From: Raillietiella orientalis
Taxonomy: Eukaryota
Direction: 5' to 3'
NCBI GenBank assembly: GCA_036172245.1
Contig: JAYWIR010000012.1
Coordinates: 3,968,001-4,032,000 of the forward strand
Length of the DNA stretch: 64,000 nucleotides
Below, one piece after another: positions 34,831 through 48,892 of the stretch. The notes beneath the pieces are model-generated. The model did not search any database and had not been told where the DNA came from. It saw only the letters and a program-made list of their open reading frames with translations. Numbering within the stretch: position 1 is the first letter of the stretch; each line of letters opens with the position of its first letter. The translations under genes were made by a program, and so were the position numbers.

Positions 34831-37117
34831 ATGACAGTTTTGTCCGATTTAACAAATTTCGATGAAAGAAACTACCATTATGAGGAGGAGCAACGGTTGT
34901 TTATACCCAGGCATTTCAAGGAAAGATGTGATTATGACTTTCATAATAAATGCCTCAACGGAAAGCTTTGGTGTATAACAGATATATGTGGAATTATTTG
35001 TGCAATTTTCACCTGGCTCCTAATTTTCTATGCAGAATTCGTTGTGGTATTTGTTATATTGGCTTCTCATTCAAATCACGTGTATAAAATTTTCAATCTT
35101 GTTCTGTTCAATGCCTTGGCCTTTTTAGCACTGGTTTCTCATCTTCGTACAATGTTGACAGATCCTGTAAGTTCTGAGACAGTGATTGAATGCATTGATT
35201 CGTTTTCAAGAATTTTTGTGTATGGGAATTATGATCAAATGTGTAGCTCTGAAGTGGGAAACTTTTTTTTTGAAAAAGGTGTTTTCTGTTTCTGTTAGAT
35301 TTGTCAGTCATTCCTCTCGGTTTGGGGGATAAATTATAATTAGTGATGAATAGCTCCAAAGTAAATTTCATTGATTTTTTCCTAGGTAAAAAATTTGAAT
35401 ATCTTGATTTTATTGATAAATGCTTAGATATGAAGTAATGTGTATTCAAAATTTGAGTTTTTACAGTAGCTGTTTCAGAAAACTCATAAGCATGCCCTTA
35501 GTTTACGTTTACATGTCTCCTTAGTATTCTTCCATCTCGCTTTAATGAAGTGTTTGTAAAATTCCTAAAATAAATATTTTCTATTTTTGAGTTTAGGGAG
35601 CAGTTCCACGAGGAACTGCGACAAAGCAGCTCATCAAAGATATGAGTTTACAGGAAGGACAAGTAATTTTCAAATGCCTGAAGTGCTGTAGCATTAAACC
35701 TGATAGAGCTCATCATTGTTCAGTCTGTCAAAGGTTTGCATTGAGTTAAGATGACTGATCTTGAAGTTTTGGTGATCATAACAATTGCTTTGTAAAATAT
35801 TAAGTTTGTTTACAATTTTATTCCAATTGCATTTTGAAGCATAAAAACCTGCAGTAGTTATTGTGAATATTACCATTATTGTGATTTTAAAGTCCTGAGC
35901 ATCAGAAGCAATCAATATGTATTGTTCTTGTGACTTTAAGAATGCAATATTTGTTATGTGATTTCCAGTATTTCTTCTAAGTGATACTTAGACAAAATAA
36001 AGTACCTTCTTCCTTTATGTTGAGTATTATTTTGGAAGTAATGACTATTTGTAAGTGTGCTCCTCAGTAAGTTTGAGGAGTTGTTATTGTTACAATACTT
36101 GAATTTTGTGATTAGATGGATGTTGGATTAACTAAGCATGTTCACAAGTTTGTTTGTTTGTTTATTGCAATGCAAGACATTTTTGTATTTGCGTAAATAG
36201 AATCCAGATGAGATTTTGAAACATACATCATCATCTTTGAAATTTCGCCCCATGTTTTCCTAAAGATTGAAAGAAATGAGTTGAACAATTTCCATGATCT
36301 TTAGTCATCAGCTCTAGTATTTTAATTTATACTATATCAAATCTAATATTTTCGGTTGATTCAATTTTTTTTTCTTAATTTACTGTTCAAACAGTAGTTT
36401 TAATTCTTCACTGCTTGCAGCACAACAAGCATTTTACAATACTTTGTAAGGAAACGTTTGCATATTTTTAGAGGGGCAGTTCATTTTCTTAAAGTGTCTT
36501 AAAGTACAAGTGAATGAAATTGTAGTCTCATGTAACTGTTGCTTGCAGATGCATTCGAAAAATGGATCATCACTGTCCATGGGTTAACAACTGTGTTGGA
36601 GAAAACAATCAAAAGTTTTTTGTGCTTTTTACTGTGAGATCCCATTGTTGGTAATGTGTTGTATTGCACACCAAGTTTTTTTTTTTTTTCTTTCTAGTTT
36701 TATGTTGCTCTTAGTTGTTTACACGCATTATTCTTAAGCATCAATCAGTTTGCAATATGCATTGGAAAAAATTGGAATGGTTGTACTTCTTACTCACCCC
36801 CTGTCACTGTGATGTTCCTCATGTTTTTATTATTTGAAGCCCTCCTATTTTTTATATTTACTCTTTGTATGTTAGCATCCCAGATACAGGCTATCTGGAC
36901 AGACCAAACAGTAAGTTTATGATGTTCCCTTTGTTTGAAAATTATTTGTTTGCATCCTTAGGGTATAGAGCAGCTAAAGAAAGAAACCAAATGCCTAAAG
37001 AAATCCAAATGGAAAAGTATCCAATCAGTATTTGGTAGTTTTTCTCTCACATGGTTTTCACCATTTTCTTCATCACCTTCTTCCTTGGCATATAAGCATT
37101 ATCTTCATCCCATATAA
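34831..37117 (+). CDS. ZDHHC3: DHHC palmitoyltransferase, ZDHHC3/7 (GODZ) family, 5 exons, ~308 aa
   Basis: Exons 34831-35166, 35597-35733, 36549-36633, 36698-36910, 36962-37117, all with GT-AG introns and in frame. Motifs [64 protein letters not shown] and [11 protein letters not shown]. Confidence 0.96.
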
Positions 37118-37599
37118 AACAATTCTGAATGTGACTGTGGATCAACCCAGACTTTGTTAGCAAGTGAGTATGAGACCAATGTAGTCTATTGTTTTTTGTA
37201 CTGTTCAGGCAAAACTTTGATTTCCATTTGTTTGTAAGGCCACAGTTTTAGTCAATAGCAGCATCACAAATCTAAAGTGGCAGAACAATTGCATTACTGA
37301 GGGAAGTTACAACATTGTGGATGCAAGGATGTGGGAAACAAATTAGCAAGATTCATTAACTGCAACCGGAATTTGAAGAGTAGCTACCAAAAAGATTCGA
37401 GTCTACGGAAGAGGTATTTCATGAACAGCAACATTTGTGGAGTATTGGCTTGATCACGTACACTTGTTACCAGCGTGCACAGAAGAATCACATAAAAATC
37501 CAGAATGTGGACTTGTAGATTTGGAAGATTCGGAAATTTGCCCTTTGTGTGGAGAGTTTAATATGTGACGCAAAGTTTTACATGGATAGGTTCCACCCT

Positions 37600-38650
37600 T
37601 GCTAATCCACTTTAAGCAAAAACAGTGGAACTTGAGTATGATCAGTTTTCTCAACAGGTGGATCATAATCGCCATCCATATCCCGATGGTAGATGCCGTG
37701 TATTTTCATTTCGTTCAAACGTACCATTACATGTTGAATGTTGCAACATCTAAGTCAGCAATTCTAGCATCATTCGATTACTTGTGATCAGAGTTCATGA
37801 ATTTACAAACATCAGTAATGTTTATAAAGTTTTTGTAGCTCTCCATTGCATTGATACGGAAGTTTAGTAGTCGTTCCCCGAATATAGCCATGTACTGATT
37901 GCAAATAAAAAATAAGTCAGCGTTCCTGAAATCCCCAATAGTAGCGTTGTATGAAGAAACCTGAAGTTGTAACAATAGAATAAGAAATAAGCATTACATG
38001 TTTGTATGGAAATAATCGATGGTAATAAATTCCATAATGTTTATGAACGGCATCTGTATGCAGATGACGTTCTGTATCGGAATTACTTCAGGCAGATGGC
38101 AATCCTTTGAATCATTAATAAAAAAAATTTTTTATGCAGTGATGGTAGATTCTTTTGCGTGGAATTTGTTGTTGGCGGTTTCATTTTATCTCATGCTTGT
38201 TGCCAGGATATTACATTTCGTTGTGGTCACCCCGATTTTCGGATTCCCTTTCATTTGTTCGAATCATGAGCTCCGAATACCTAAAAGGGCTCAAGTTCAT
38301 TGCCTTGGCTTTGGGAGATGCGTCCGAATCTCAATTATGAAAATTTGTGGCGTTTCTCCCAACAGCCATCAAAGCCGTGACGTATGCTTTAACGTGTCCA
38401 ATAAAATCGCCGGGATCAAATATCGAAAAACTGCCTTTCAAGAGTCAGAGTTTGAGCAGACTGAAGTATGGAAAATGTCAGCCAAAGGAGGGGGAAAAGA
38501 AAAGAAGAAAAAAAAAAAAGAAAATGAGGAATAAATTAGAGCTGATTTCAAAAGCTTGTCGTATCTTTCAGCTTGTATTTCGAAAAGACGAAAGGACTTT
38601 GGGAAAAGCAGCCCAGATGCGTTTCCATTCACGTGAATCTGTTGTGGTGT
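37600..38650 (+). mobile_element. Heavily decayed non-LTR retrotransposon reverse transcriptase
   Basis: Ordered remnants across frameshifts: VDAVYFHFVQTY (~vDavylDfsKAFD), VSVPE (~SGVPQ), IMFMNGI, LYADDV (~38054-38071), KLPFKSQSLSRLKYG (~LYKSxIxSRLEYG), KLELISKACRIF. Confidence 0.7.
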
Positions 38651-40504
38651 GATGGGAAGTGATGACATCCTGTAAGCTACTAAAAAGATGCCCTTGGCCT
38701 TTTCACCGACTTCACATTTGGCCAATCATGTCGAAACTTTTGTTGGTTTGAAGTGGTCGCTTCCTTTGAGGTATACCACGAGGCACATACCGCTTTAGGA
38801 CAGCTTACAAAATTTCGAAATGCCAGAATGCCAACTTATATTTTAGTTTTTAAAAAAAAGTTCTTGATTTCAGGTTGACACGCCAGTTTTTTTTTTTTTT
38901 TTTTTTTTCGAAAAATTTCTTCACTAAGATTGAAGCCCATAAATAACCATTGTTCGTTAGTGTGGATTTTCTTAGGGTGCGTGAAACATTCATACATTCA
39001 CATGAAACGAAAATTATGTGGTCTTGGATATTAAACATTAAGTAGTTTGCTCTTCAACTCTTCAAGAACGGAAGAGCAGCGTGTACAGTAGCATTTGTAA
39101 ATTTCTGCATTCTTTCTGCATTCACTCAGGAAGGGCGTAGCAAAGGCGTTACTTCTTTGTGGTAGAACCACAGTTTATACAAAAGGGTAGCTTTGTTTAA
39201 TCGAAGATCTTATTTCATTGGACTTTTGTTTATATTTATCATTCGTCTCGGAGCTTTAATCTGCAGCCACAGAATCTTGGATTAAAGGTAGCCGACGCCA
39301 ATCCCATTCGCCTCCGATCAAATGAGAAAAAATGAGAATGAGAACCACAATCTTCTCAAGCATTATCTTTACTGCTTACGTGGTCACATAAAGCTTCACA
39401 TAAGTACAGCATGTGTTTCTGTAGAATAACTTTCATCTCCGCAACTAAAAAACTTCAGGATAGCAACATGCAAATGTGAACTTTCCTACGTGACGTATTA
39501 GCTTGTAGATGGACAGTGGTGTGCTTCAGTGGGCTGGGATTCTGAAATATACGCACCAGTGACTCGTTTTCACCCTCCAAATGCTTTGTCCCTTTCATTT
39601 CCTTCAATTTGCTTTTCCTTCTGTAGTGAGCCACCATGACACTAAATAAGTGGATGATACCAACGCCCACACGTTGCCAACCTAATACAAAGCTATACCC
39701 AAACCCGAGTTGTAAGACTATAGAATGTTCATAAGTGTTCTCAGTGGTAGGTCTGAGAACGCATGGAGAAGAATTTCGACACGCCGCTGCATGAAAGCCG
39801 AATTACCCATCAATTTAAAGATTGGGACGCAGCTTGCCTAAGGGCGAAAATGACAACTTGTCCATCTGCAAAAATATGGTTCTGGCGGACCTGAAGGAGT
39901 TGGCTGTGTTATATCTCAACACACTCACGAAAGCTTTGTAACAGGAATTTTCATTAAAAAGTTTTCAGTATAATTCTCACCTTTGCAAATGGAAGAAAAA
40001 GCAACACGAACTCGAGTTGGAGCCTCTGATTATCGAAAACATCATCCATCGGTTGCTTTAAACTCAAAAGAGTACGAATGGTCCCGCAGGAAGCTACAGG
40101 ATCTAGCCTAATCTTTTACCTATTTCTCAGTAAACTTCAATGATACTTTTTATGAAGTTTAGGTCAAACTTACTATATGAAACAGTAGCGAGAGTGAGCA
40201 ATGGATTACCCCTCAGCGTTATGTGTTAATGGTGTTCTGTTGCAGTTGGGACTTTACAAGAAGCACGCAGAGTACTGTTTATTTCTGTGGCATAATGATC
40301 GTGCGTAAAATGCAAAATAGGAAATTCCTAATTATTTGATTAAAGAAGTACTTCAGTAAGTGTAGACTAGACGTTCATTTGGCTGTTCCCTTATATTGCT
40401 TCGGGTGATCGGGAATGTAAGGCGTTTGGTAAAACGAAAGAATTGCCCGGTTGGGGCCTCTAGAATTCGAAACCACAAGAAAGTGAATTGCCAATTCATA
40501 ACCA

Positions 40505-40660
40505 TGATTTACGATATCTACGTTGTATCCGAGCACAACTCGGCCAGTAAATGCTGGGCTGATCCATTTTTCAGTCGCTTGCAACTGCCCCTTGTGTTGA
40601 TGGTCCTTATAACATTCACATGGAACAGATGAGTGAGTATATTGCTTAGGGCATCCAAAG
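40505..40660 (-). mobile_element. Possible LINE RT C-terminal remnant
   Basis: AIYSLICS...GAVA...ARIQRR resembles lYxslIxsxlxYg...lxrlQrr. Confidence 0.3.
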
Positions 40661-43115
40661 GCGTTATGCATGCCTGCTTCAGTGCCAGAAGATGGGAATG
40701 ATAGTAAAAGACAGTATGTGGAAGTAAACATACTGGAATAAACTTCTAGGAGCTTGGACTTTTTTTTTTGGAATAACTCCCAAGGCGCAGGAGACTTCCA
40801 TTTGGACCCCATAAGACGTTAGGGGTCTTGTCACAAGCAAATGTTATGTAAAATTTGTATAGCTACGTGTTAACTAAGTACAGCTAATAAACAATCATGT
40901 AAACAGGATCATATTTATTTACTGGTTGTTATTCAATCCTTTTATCAATTTTTGGTAGTATGCTTAATGCAAAATCTCAACTGTTCTCCTTCTGGCAAAA
41001 GTCCCTTTAAAATTTGCCCCCAAGGCTGCGTCTCGTTTCTCATTCCATTCCTCTACATTACTACCATCTTCCCGATTTTCGATACCGAAGAAACTACCAT
41101 CTATACCATTTTGCCCCTCTCGCTTCTCGTATTTTGTGTATTTCCCATCACGAACACTAGTCATTTTACTGATTCTACTATTAACGTACGAACAATTTGC
41201 TGAAATAGTTTCATGATGTCATAATAGCATCAGAAAGCATCAACAGTTGTCAGCTTTTAGCTAACCCTATCTCACAATTATGAGCATTTTAGCTCACTTT
41301 TTTCGGGTCCACTGTTATATGACTTAGCTTTGAAGTAATAGCAGGTACTGTCAAGAGACTCCATGAGCTTTTAACCGATTCGGTTACCGTTCACTACTTG
41401 TCAATTAGCACAAGTGTGGATTCTTTCACGACGATACTTGGGAAAAGTACAAGTTCTGTGTGATCAAACTTCGAGATGGTGTCTTACTCTCATCATTCTC
41501 TGGTCTCCAGCTACCAGAGGATAAATGTTTCATTTCCTAAAAAAAAAAAAAGATTTTTTTTTTCGTTGTGAGCTTTTTTTTTTTTTTTTTCGAAAGCCAA
41601 ATGAATTTTGAATTGGAAGAGTAGGAAACATTTTGGCCATAATTACGTGGGGAGAATTACACTAATTAGGAATCTCGTCAACATATTTTTAAAACCAGGT
41701 TGTTTACGGAGTTATCCTGATGAAACGAGTAAACTACATTAAAAGTACATTGGATAACTATTGATAGGTTGGTAATTACAAACTGCTCCATATGTTCCAT
41801 CTTATTGGTAATGGTTTCTTTGAAGTTTTGGAAAGGAACTCATCTCGAAATTTCATAGGTTCTTTCACTAGAAATGAGTATCACAATAGAACTGCTACCT
41901 GTACCTCAGATAATTACACTTCTCAGATGAGAACAAGAAATAATGATAAAGTCCCTGGATGCAAAGAACTACATCTTGCCATAAACACTTGTCAAGGATG
42001 CATCAGTAATCCCTTTCTGGATAACCACAAGAGGAAGACAAGGTTCATACATGCCAGTCAGACATCCGGAATCCACAAAAGATACCTTCGCTTCTTCAAG
42101 ATGTCCAAAACTTTTTTTGTCACGAAGCAATTTGAATGCATTGTCTTTAATTGGAGGATGGGAGGTATAAGTGTCATCAAAGCTTCAAACAATGTTTAAT
42201 GAAAAGTCAAGAGTTATGACAGCAAGGAATATTTGTAGACTGTTATTCCCCTCTACAACTAAAAGCTACAAATATGTGGGCATGATTAATAAAAATTTAT
42301 TTAATTATTTACATTATACATGTGGGCAGGTTTAGTAAAAATTTGAAAATCCTCAAGTAAAAAGCACCAATCTAACTGAAAAGATCATTGATTGCAATTA
42401 TTGATCAGTCTCTTAAGTGTGGAGTAAAAAGTTCTGCGAGCTCTGCAGAACACATTAAAAAAGACATTTTCAAGTTCCTTAGAAACATTCACAAAACAAT
42501 ACTTCTGTAGAGGAAGAAACTATACTGAATAAACAAAAGTTGCAATTCTGAAGATATTGAACATCTTTTCCAGTGAATTCAACACTTAGAATTCAAAGAA
42601 CTGAACATCACTAGTTGAAACAAACCTTTACCAAAAAATGGGTGAAAACATACATAAGGAATTATGAATGCACGGTTCTTACAGAGCATACTGTTTTGTA
42701 TTTCATTTTGTGAGACGAGCCCTTAGTATTTTTTTGCACACCATCGTAAGATGCACACGAAATAAAAGATTGTTCACTAGGTTATTAGCATAGCAACAGA
42801 AACCAACTTCATGAATTCCATCTCACAGTTAGCTAAAAAACCGTGCAGTCAAATTAGTCCCTAATCCAAGATATCTTTGAAAATTTCATGCTGGGAATTG
42901 GCCGTCACAAGGAAAATACATTTTTGGAAGAGATTAATTGGGATATTTCCCACTTTTCGAAACCTAACACAAAATGGAAACTTTCAATTCGAAATTTGAG
43001 CAAATGCATTACAGTATCTGCTACCAAGAGAAGTTTAATTTAGTTCCTTGTATCAAAGATCTCTCTGTCTTCAGACTTCTAGTTTCAGATACACAAGTCG
43101 ATTTACTCAGAAAAG

Positions 43116-43406
43116 TCAAAGATTTTTTTTTTGCAGGCAGTCATCTGCCATGAAAAGCCAAAAGTCACCACCCACTTCTTGAGAAATTAATTTTAATAGA
43201 ATTTTGGATGCACGCGAACTTATTGGGCTGAAACTCCTTTGCAAACAGTTTTGGAGTGTTCCTGTGGTGCCATTTAAAAACATTTTGCAGGTTCTTTGAA
43301 ATAACGAGGAGCAACAGATATGTTCTCGAATGGAAATATAACTAGTCCTCAGGAAATCAACATCTAAATGTTCAGCTGTTTTGTATAAGTAGTACTTATA
43401 TTTCAT
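43116..43406 (-). mobile_element. Possible decayed LINE RT core
   Basis: GTLQNCLQRSFSPI...LLKLISQEVGGDFWLFMADD resembles GxxQGcxlSP...lL..l....G...lxYADD. Confidence 0.4.
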
Positions 43407-44158
43407 TTGATTAAGCTGCTGAAAATTAGTGCTTTTGCTTTCTTATGCACACCAACAGACTGGAAGAATGTAAAACAAAGCTGCATCTTGCCAATCACAC
43501 TATGATCACACTATCACTGCACACTGTAAACATTTGTAAAACAAAATTTTGCACCTTGTAACCAAAAAAAGTTCCTATCGTTCATGCAAACATGTACATC
43601 CGACAGTGAAGGAAGAAATATGTTGGTGGCAGAACACACTTCCCTTTCTTCATTTACATCACTCCATAAGCCATTTGAACTATGTTCTTACCACAGGAAC
43701 AAGAAATACAAACTCCAGAAGCAAAAAGAAACCACAAAATAAAACCTCATGTAGTGAAGTAAATATAGGGGAATATTACTTCCACCGAAATCAGGGGTAA
43801 TGATGGTGTCTACAACACTTTGGGGCAACCATTCCATTAAAGATACAGCAGAAGGCTTCACATAGTAACCATCACCACATGAATGTAAGATGTGAAAACA
43901 AAAAGAAACTCTGGCAAAGATCATTCACTATGGAAGACCATCTAAAAAGCAGTTTGGACTGTGTTTTGGAGTTGAATAGGACCACATAAAACTGCACTTT
44001 TGGGTCATAATGGAGAAGAATCGTCTAAGATGAGATTTACAATAAAAATCATAAGAAATTCAAACTAATTTCTTTAAAACAATTTGGAGATGTACATTGA
44101 AATCATGTATGTATTGGTAATGTGAAATCCATCAGATGACAAAAAAAAAACGGCTAAA

Positions 44159-45460
44159 TCAAAATCCTGTTTGTTTTCTGAAATGCTGCTGCAATTTGTT
44201 GGTTTTCAATTGTAAGCGTAATTTGCTCTTTGACAGTACTCTATCCATGAAAACCATATTTTGTTTTCTAAAGACATTACAATAAAATCAATTTTATAAA
44301 ATTATCACATGTAATGCCTACCGTCGCAAGTCCATCTGGGTAGTATTTTTGTGACACAGACTTTGGCACCATGACACTTTTCTCTTATTACATATTGCAT
44401 AATGAAATGATGGGAGTTTTTGTCTAAAATCAAAATTCTTCACATAAACAAGGACATGAATCTACTACCCTATAGTATTCATTAGTTTTCTGTGTATAAG
44501 TGATTAAATAAATCAAATCTGAAGCAAAAAAAAAAATTATGAAACTTTCATTACAAAAAGATTAAATACAGTTACATATACATAAAGCACAACACCGATG
44601 TAAAAAAGCTAAATGCGTGTATTGTGAAACACATGGATAATGCTTAAATAATTAACTTATTATAAATCATAGGCAAGTTACCTGTAGTATCGAATAAATG
44701 ATCGATGACCAACAGTATTCCCTGAAGGAAGAACTAACTGATAATCCACATCATTTGCATCTCCAATATCTGCTTCAGCATATTCTTGCTCAAATGAAAC
44801 ATCACCATAATCATAATACTTTTCATATTCAGTCATAGAAGTATCCTCATAAAACAGCTTTGTATGACCTTTGTTCAGCATATGCTTATGTACAGCATCC
44901 AAAGACATAAATCTTTGTCCACACCATAAACACTGGAAGTTCACTCCAACTTTCATATTCAGATATATCATTAACCCTTCCAAGTCTTTTACACACTCCA
45001 CATCAGGAATAAAAAATGAATGAGATACCAGCATATGAGCCAGAGTTTGATTCAAGGATAAGCTTTCATGTTTGCAAAACAAACACAAAAGACTGGGACT
45101 TTCTATCACATCTTCCCATTCATCGGACTCATTTCCATCAATTAAATCACTTTCTTTGCGCTTGACATTTTCGATATTGTCTCCTAATTTCTGATGTTTT
45201 TTGGAGTTTAAATGATTGCTCAATGAATTCTGTGAACTGAAGTTTTTTTGGCATTGTGAACAATAAAGTGAGCAAGTCTTCTTTTCTGTAGAATTCTGCT
45301 GGGCTTCTAGTCGAGATAAGAATCCTTCTATAGTTACAGATGGCAATTTCGCGACTTTTCTTTTTAAATTGTACCTATGCCAATCACTTTTATAATGCTC
45401 CCTGTGTAATTCAGGATCATTAAATTTTACTTGGCAAGTAATGCAAGTAAGCTTGCTCAT
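44159..45460 (-). CDS. ZNF622: ZNF622/Rei1-family cytoplasmic pre-60S maturation zinc-finger protein, 3 coding exons, ~329 aa
   Basis: Exons 45460-44682, 44423-44322, 44267-44159. Motifs CITCQVKF...HYKSDWHRYNLKRKVA, CLFC...HMLVSHSFFIPD, CLWC...HMLNKGHTK, LVLPSGNTVGHRSFIRYYRQ, and C-terminus KTNKLQQHFRKQTGF*. Confidence 0.96.
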
Positions 45461-48400
45461 TGTTACCAAGGGGCAAAACAATTCTCCTTTTTCTTTTATT
45501 CCTAGAAATCAGATTCAACTGATCAAAATTTTGCTCCTATAAAATTACCAATAAATGCCAAGATGTGGGAAATGATACTACAAACTAAACATTGTTTGAA
45601 TAATACCACCAAAACTTTCTCTGAACAATCGTTCTCCTGTGTTTTTAGTCATAAGTTTACCAGAAGTCCAATCCTTGAAAGCTGTTGTAAATCATAAACA
45701 TGTTTTTATTCTGATGTATATTTTGAACTTGTGTACCTGGGGAATATCAGCTGGTTGGTGGGCCTGTTGTGATTCCTATCTGATACAGAAGCAGAAAACT
45801 TATTTAATTCTCAAATAAATTAATAAAACGACTAAAGAATTCAAAAAATATATGATTTTACAAACGAAATGGAAAAAGAACTGAGAAAAGGAAATACACA
45901 TAAAAGTGGAAGTACCCCACACATATAAGCAAAAATGAATGTAGTTAATTTAGGAACGACGTGTTTCCTGGAACTTAAAACGGGGAAATACGAATGTAAT
46001 GCTTACAGTAGAATATGGCTACAAATTTCTTCGTACTTGGATCAACTCCTTAGCAATAGAGCATGCATCCACAATAAAACACCCATGTCATTACCTAACG
46101 ATTTCGGAAATAAAAAATTGAGGTTCTGCGCACAGCATTGCTGGAAAAAGAATACTTAAAAAATAAAAAAATAAATGCATGCAAGTTTCAGTAACTTTAT
46201 GAAATGGTTAACATGGGCAAGTGCTTTTTTAATCCTTTGTGAAACAAGATAAAAATAGTGTTTGTCATAAAAACAACATGGATTGTACGAAGCAACGTGA
46301 TTCACCCTTATAAAAGGCACCAGCCTTGGGACTTACATCGGGAGACGTTGGGCATATTGAATTTCTATATTGGAACACAACCAATATAGACATTCAACAT
46401 GGAAGATGCTCTTTCAAGAATCAGTCCAGAAAAGATTTTTTGCTTTATGAAGATGAACAGCACAAAGTTTTACGTATGACAACGAAAACACAATGTCAAA
46501 ATGAAACGAAAAAAGAAAAATGCAAAGCTCAAAAGACAAAATTGGCTTGTACTTTCATCTCTTTTGAATTTGGAAAGCACCCTTACACCTCAGGGGAAAA
46601 AAATCAACATTTATCCAAGGATATCATGATAATTATTTATATTGATTTGTGACAGTGATCATATAAGAGCATATTTTGGAATGTAGTTTGGCATCTCCTA
46701 AAAGTGGTTTTATAGGTTTTATATCAAAGTCTCCACATTCCGATCAGCCTGTTTTCTGATTTCCTTTGGAAAAGATGACATCCATTCTGGATAAAGCATT
46801 GAAGGGCAGACAAAACTTGTATTATGTAGGGATTCTTCTCGGAACATCATTTGACATTTTATCCTGTACCCAATTCATCTTATAATTTCTTTTTCAGTAA
46901 GCACTTTTGCGTTTGTTCATAAACATATTTTAAAATATTACAACAAGTATCATTCATGATTTAAAAACGAGTGAAATGAATCTATTCAATCAGCCAACAT
47001 TCCATTTTCTGCAAATATTCTTATCTGGAGAATGAGAATCCTCTATATTATATTTCATTGCTATGTTACAGAATCCAAACCAAAAGCAAGACCACTTCTC
47101 GGATACAAAAAAGAACTTGCATTACTTGGGTATCTTTTTATTTCACGTTGCACACAAGGTGAATATGGTCATTGAATTAGTTTGGTACATCGTATCTACT
47201 TGCTCAATATAGTGGCTCAAAGTATAGATTTAGATGTTTTTCTTTTGCATAAATGATTAACCATTATGGTTTCCTAAATTTTCACCAAGAAATGAATTGG
47301 TTTTTGGTGAATAAACTTCTGGATATTAACGTGAGAGCTGAGATTCAAAGGAACTCGTTCCGTTAACTAGAGAACGAAACATTTTATAAAAGACATTCAT
47401 ATACAATTTTGAAAGAGTTGGAGGAGTAGTTTCAGAACGCATGTATTAAAAGTTATTAGAAGCTATCAGTACTCAGTATCGACTAAATTCATTCATTTTG
47501 ACGTGTATGTGTGATGAATCTCGGAAGCATGAATAACGGACTTGATTGAAGAAAGGTCATTCATTGAGATTTTAATCAGACATTGGTATCGAATGATGCT
47601 CATTAATTTTATAGGGAATCAATCACAGATCTTTTTATTTGTATGATGGTGCATGTTAAGGAATCTGTGGTCGAAAATAGGCAAAAGAGTTTCAATGTTC
47701 ACGTGAAGACGTTGAAGGACTGTTTTCAGAGATTTGATTAGATGTTGTTGAATCAATCAGAGAAGATTCAAGATTACTGGCTATGCAATCATTTTAAATG
47801 GTCCAAGTTGACTAAGATATATTATACTCAGATGCGTGGAACAAATGTTATATGGTATAGATGAAATGCTACTTTATGTAATACCACAAGTATTAAGTTT
47901 TATTCCATATATAGATTTTATGCTAGGTATAGATTCAGAATGTCTTTCTGCATTCATGTAGAAATACACATTTTCAGCTTATTCTTTGATGCTTTTCTGT
48001 CATGAATCTTTTTTTATTTTGTTTCAGTGTCATCTGCATTTCAGAATTGAAGGTAGGCTCGTTGAGTACATATACTGCATCCACTCTGAGGAAAAATAAA
48101 TTTGTTTTGATTTCGTTTTCGGAGTTTTGGATCTCTCCTGCAATCGTGTAACCTTCATTTTAAGGCTGATTTTATTGCTGCTAAGATGTAGCTATTTAAA
48201 ACTTCGATCTTGAATATAGTTTTACCTGAAAAACACCCTATTTGAAATATTTAAATTAGCAATTTTTCATAAGTTTTCCTAGTGTTGGTGGAATTTCGAA
48301 ATTGTCGAATTCTCGTTTTCTAATTGGTTCTATATCTAAGAAAAAGTTGAGAAATTTTAAAATGAGTTAGGTTCTCATTCTAAAATGCAGTATCTTGAAG

Positions 48401-48892
48401 GAAACTATATAATAGAAAATAAGAGAACTTAAATTCTTGCATTTCGTTTCAAATGCTGAAATTCGCTATACCTTTAATGAATCAATCATAATTGATATCA
48501 AGCATTAAATATTGTTTTTGTCGATCTTTCCCTTTTTTTTTTCCAATTTTTTCGGAGAACAAATCGTTTGTTTGGTACCTTTCATGAAATAGCAGAATAA
48601 TTGCTTTACAAAAGCTGAAAATCGTAGATCTCAACAAAATAAACTGATAAGATTAGAGAAAAAGGAAGTTTTTTTCACGATCTTCATGCATGAAACCTTT
48701 TCTCAATCTTGAAAGGTTGCATCTGCTTACGTAATTTTTTCTCCGACTGGCAATCGTGCGTTAATTTATTCTATCGTTGTGACGCACGTTTTAACGTTAT
48801 TGTTTAATCACCACATAGGAAGAGGTAGTGTATAGATTTATACTTAAACGGTATGTGATCTCTGAAGGTATAAAGAATTAACATATGTCCAA

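Noticed and set aside
35148..46500. Single ACAATGT/ACATTGT matches in the AT-rich island
   Set aside because: Unpaired and expected by chance at this A+T content; one lies inside ZDHHC3 coding sequence.
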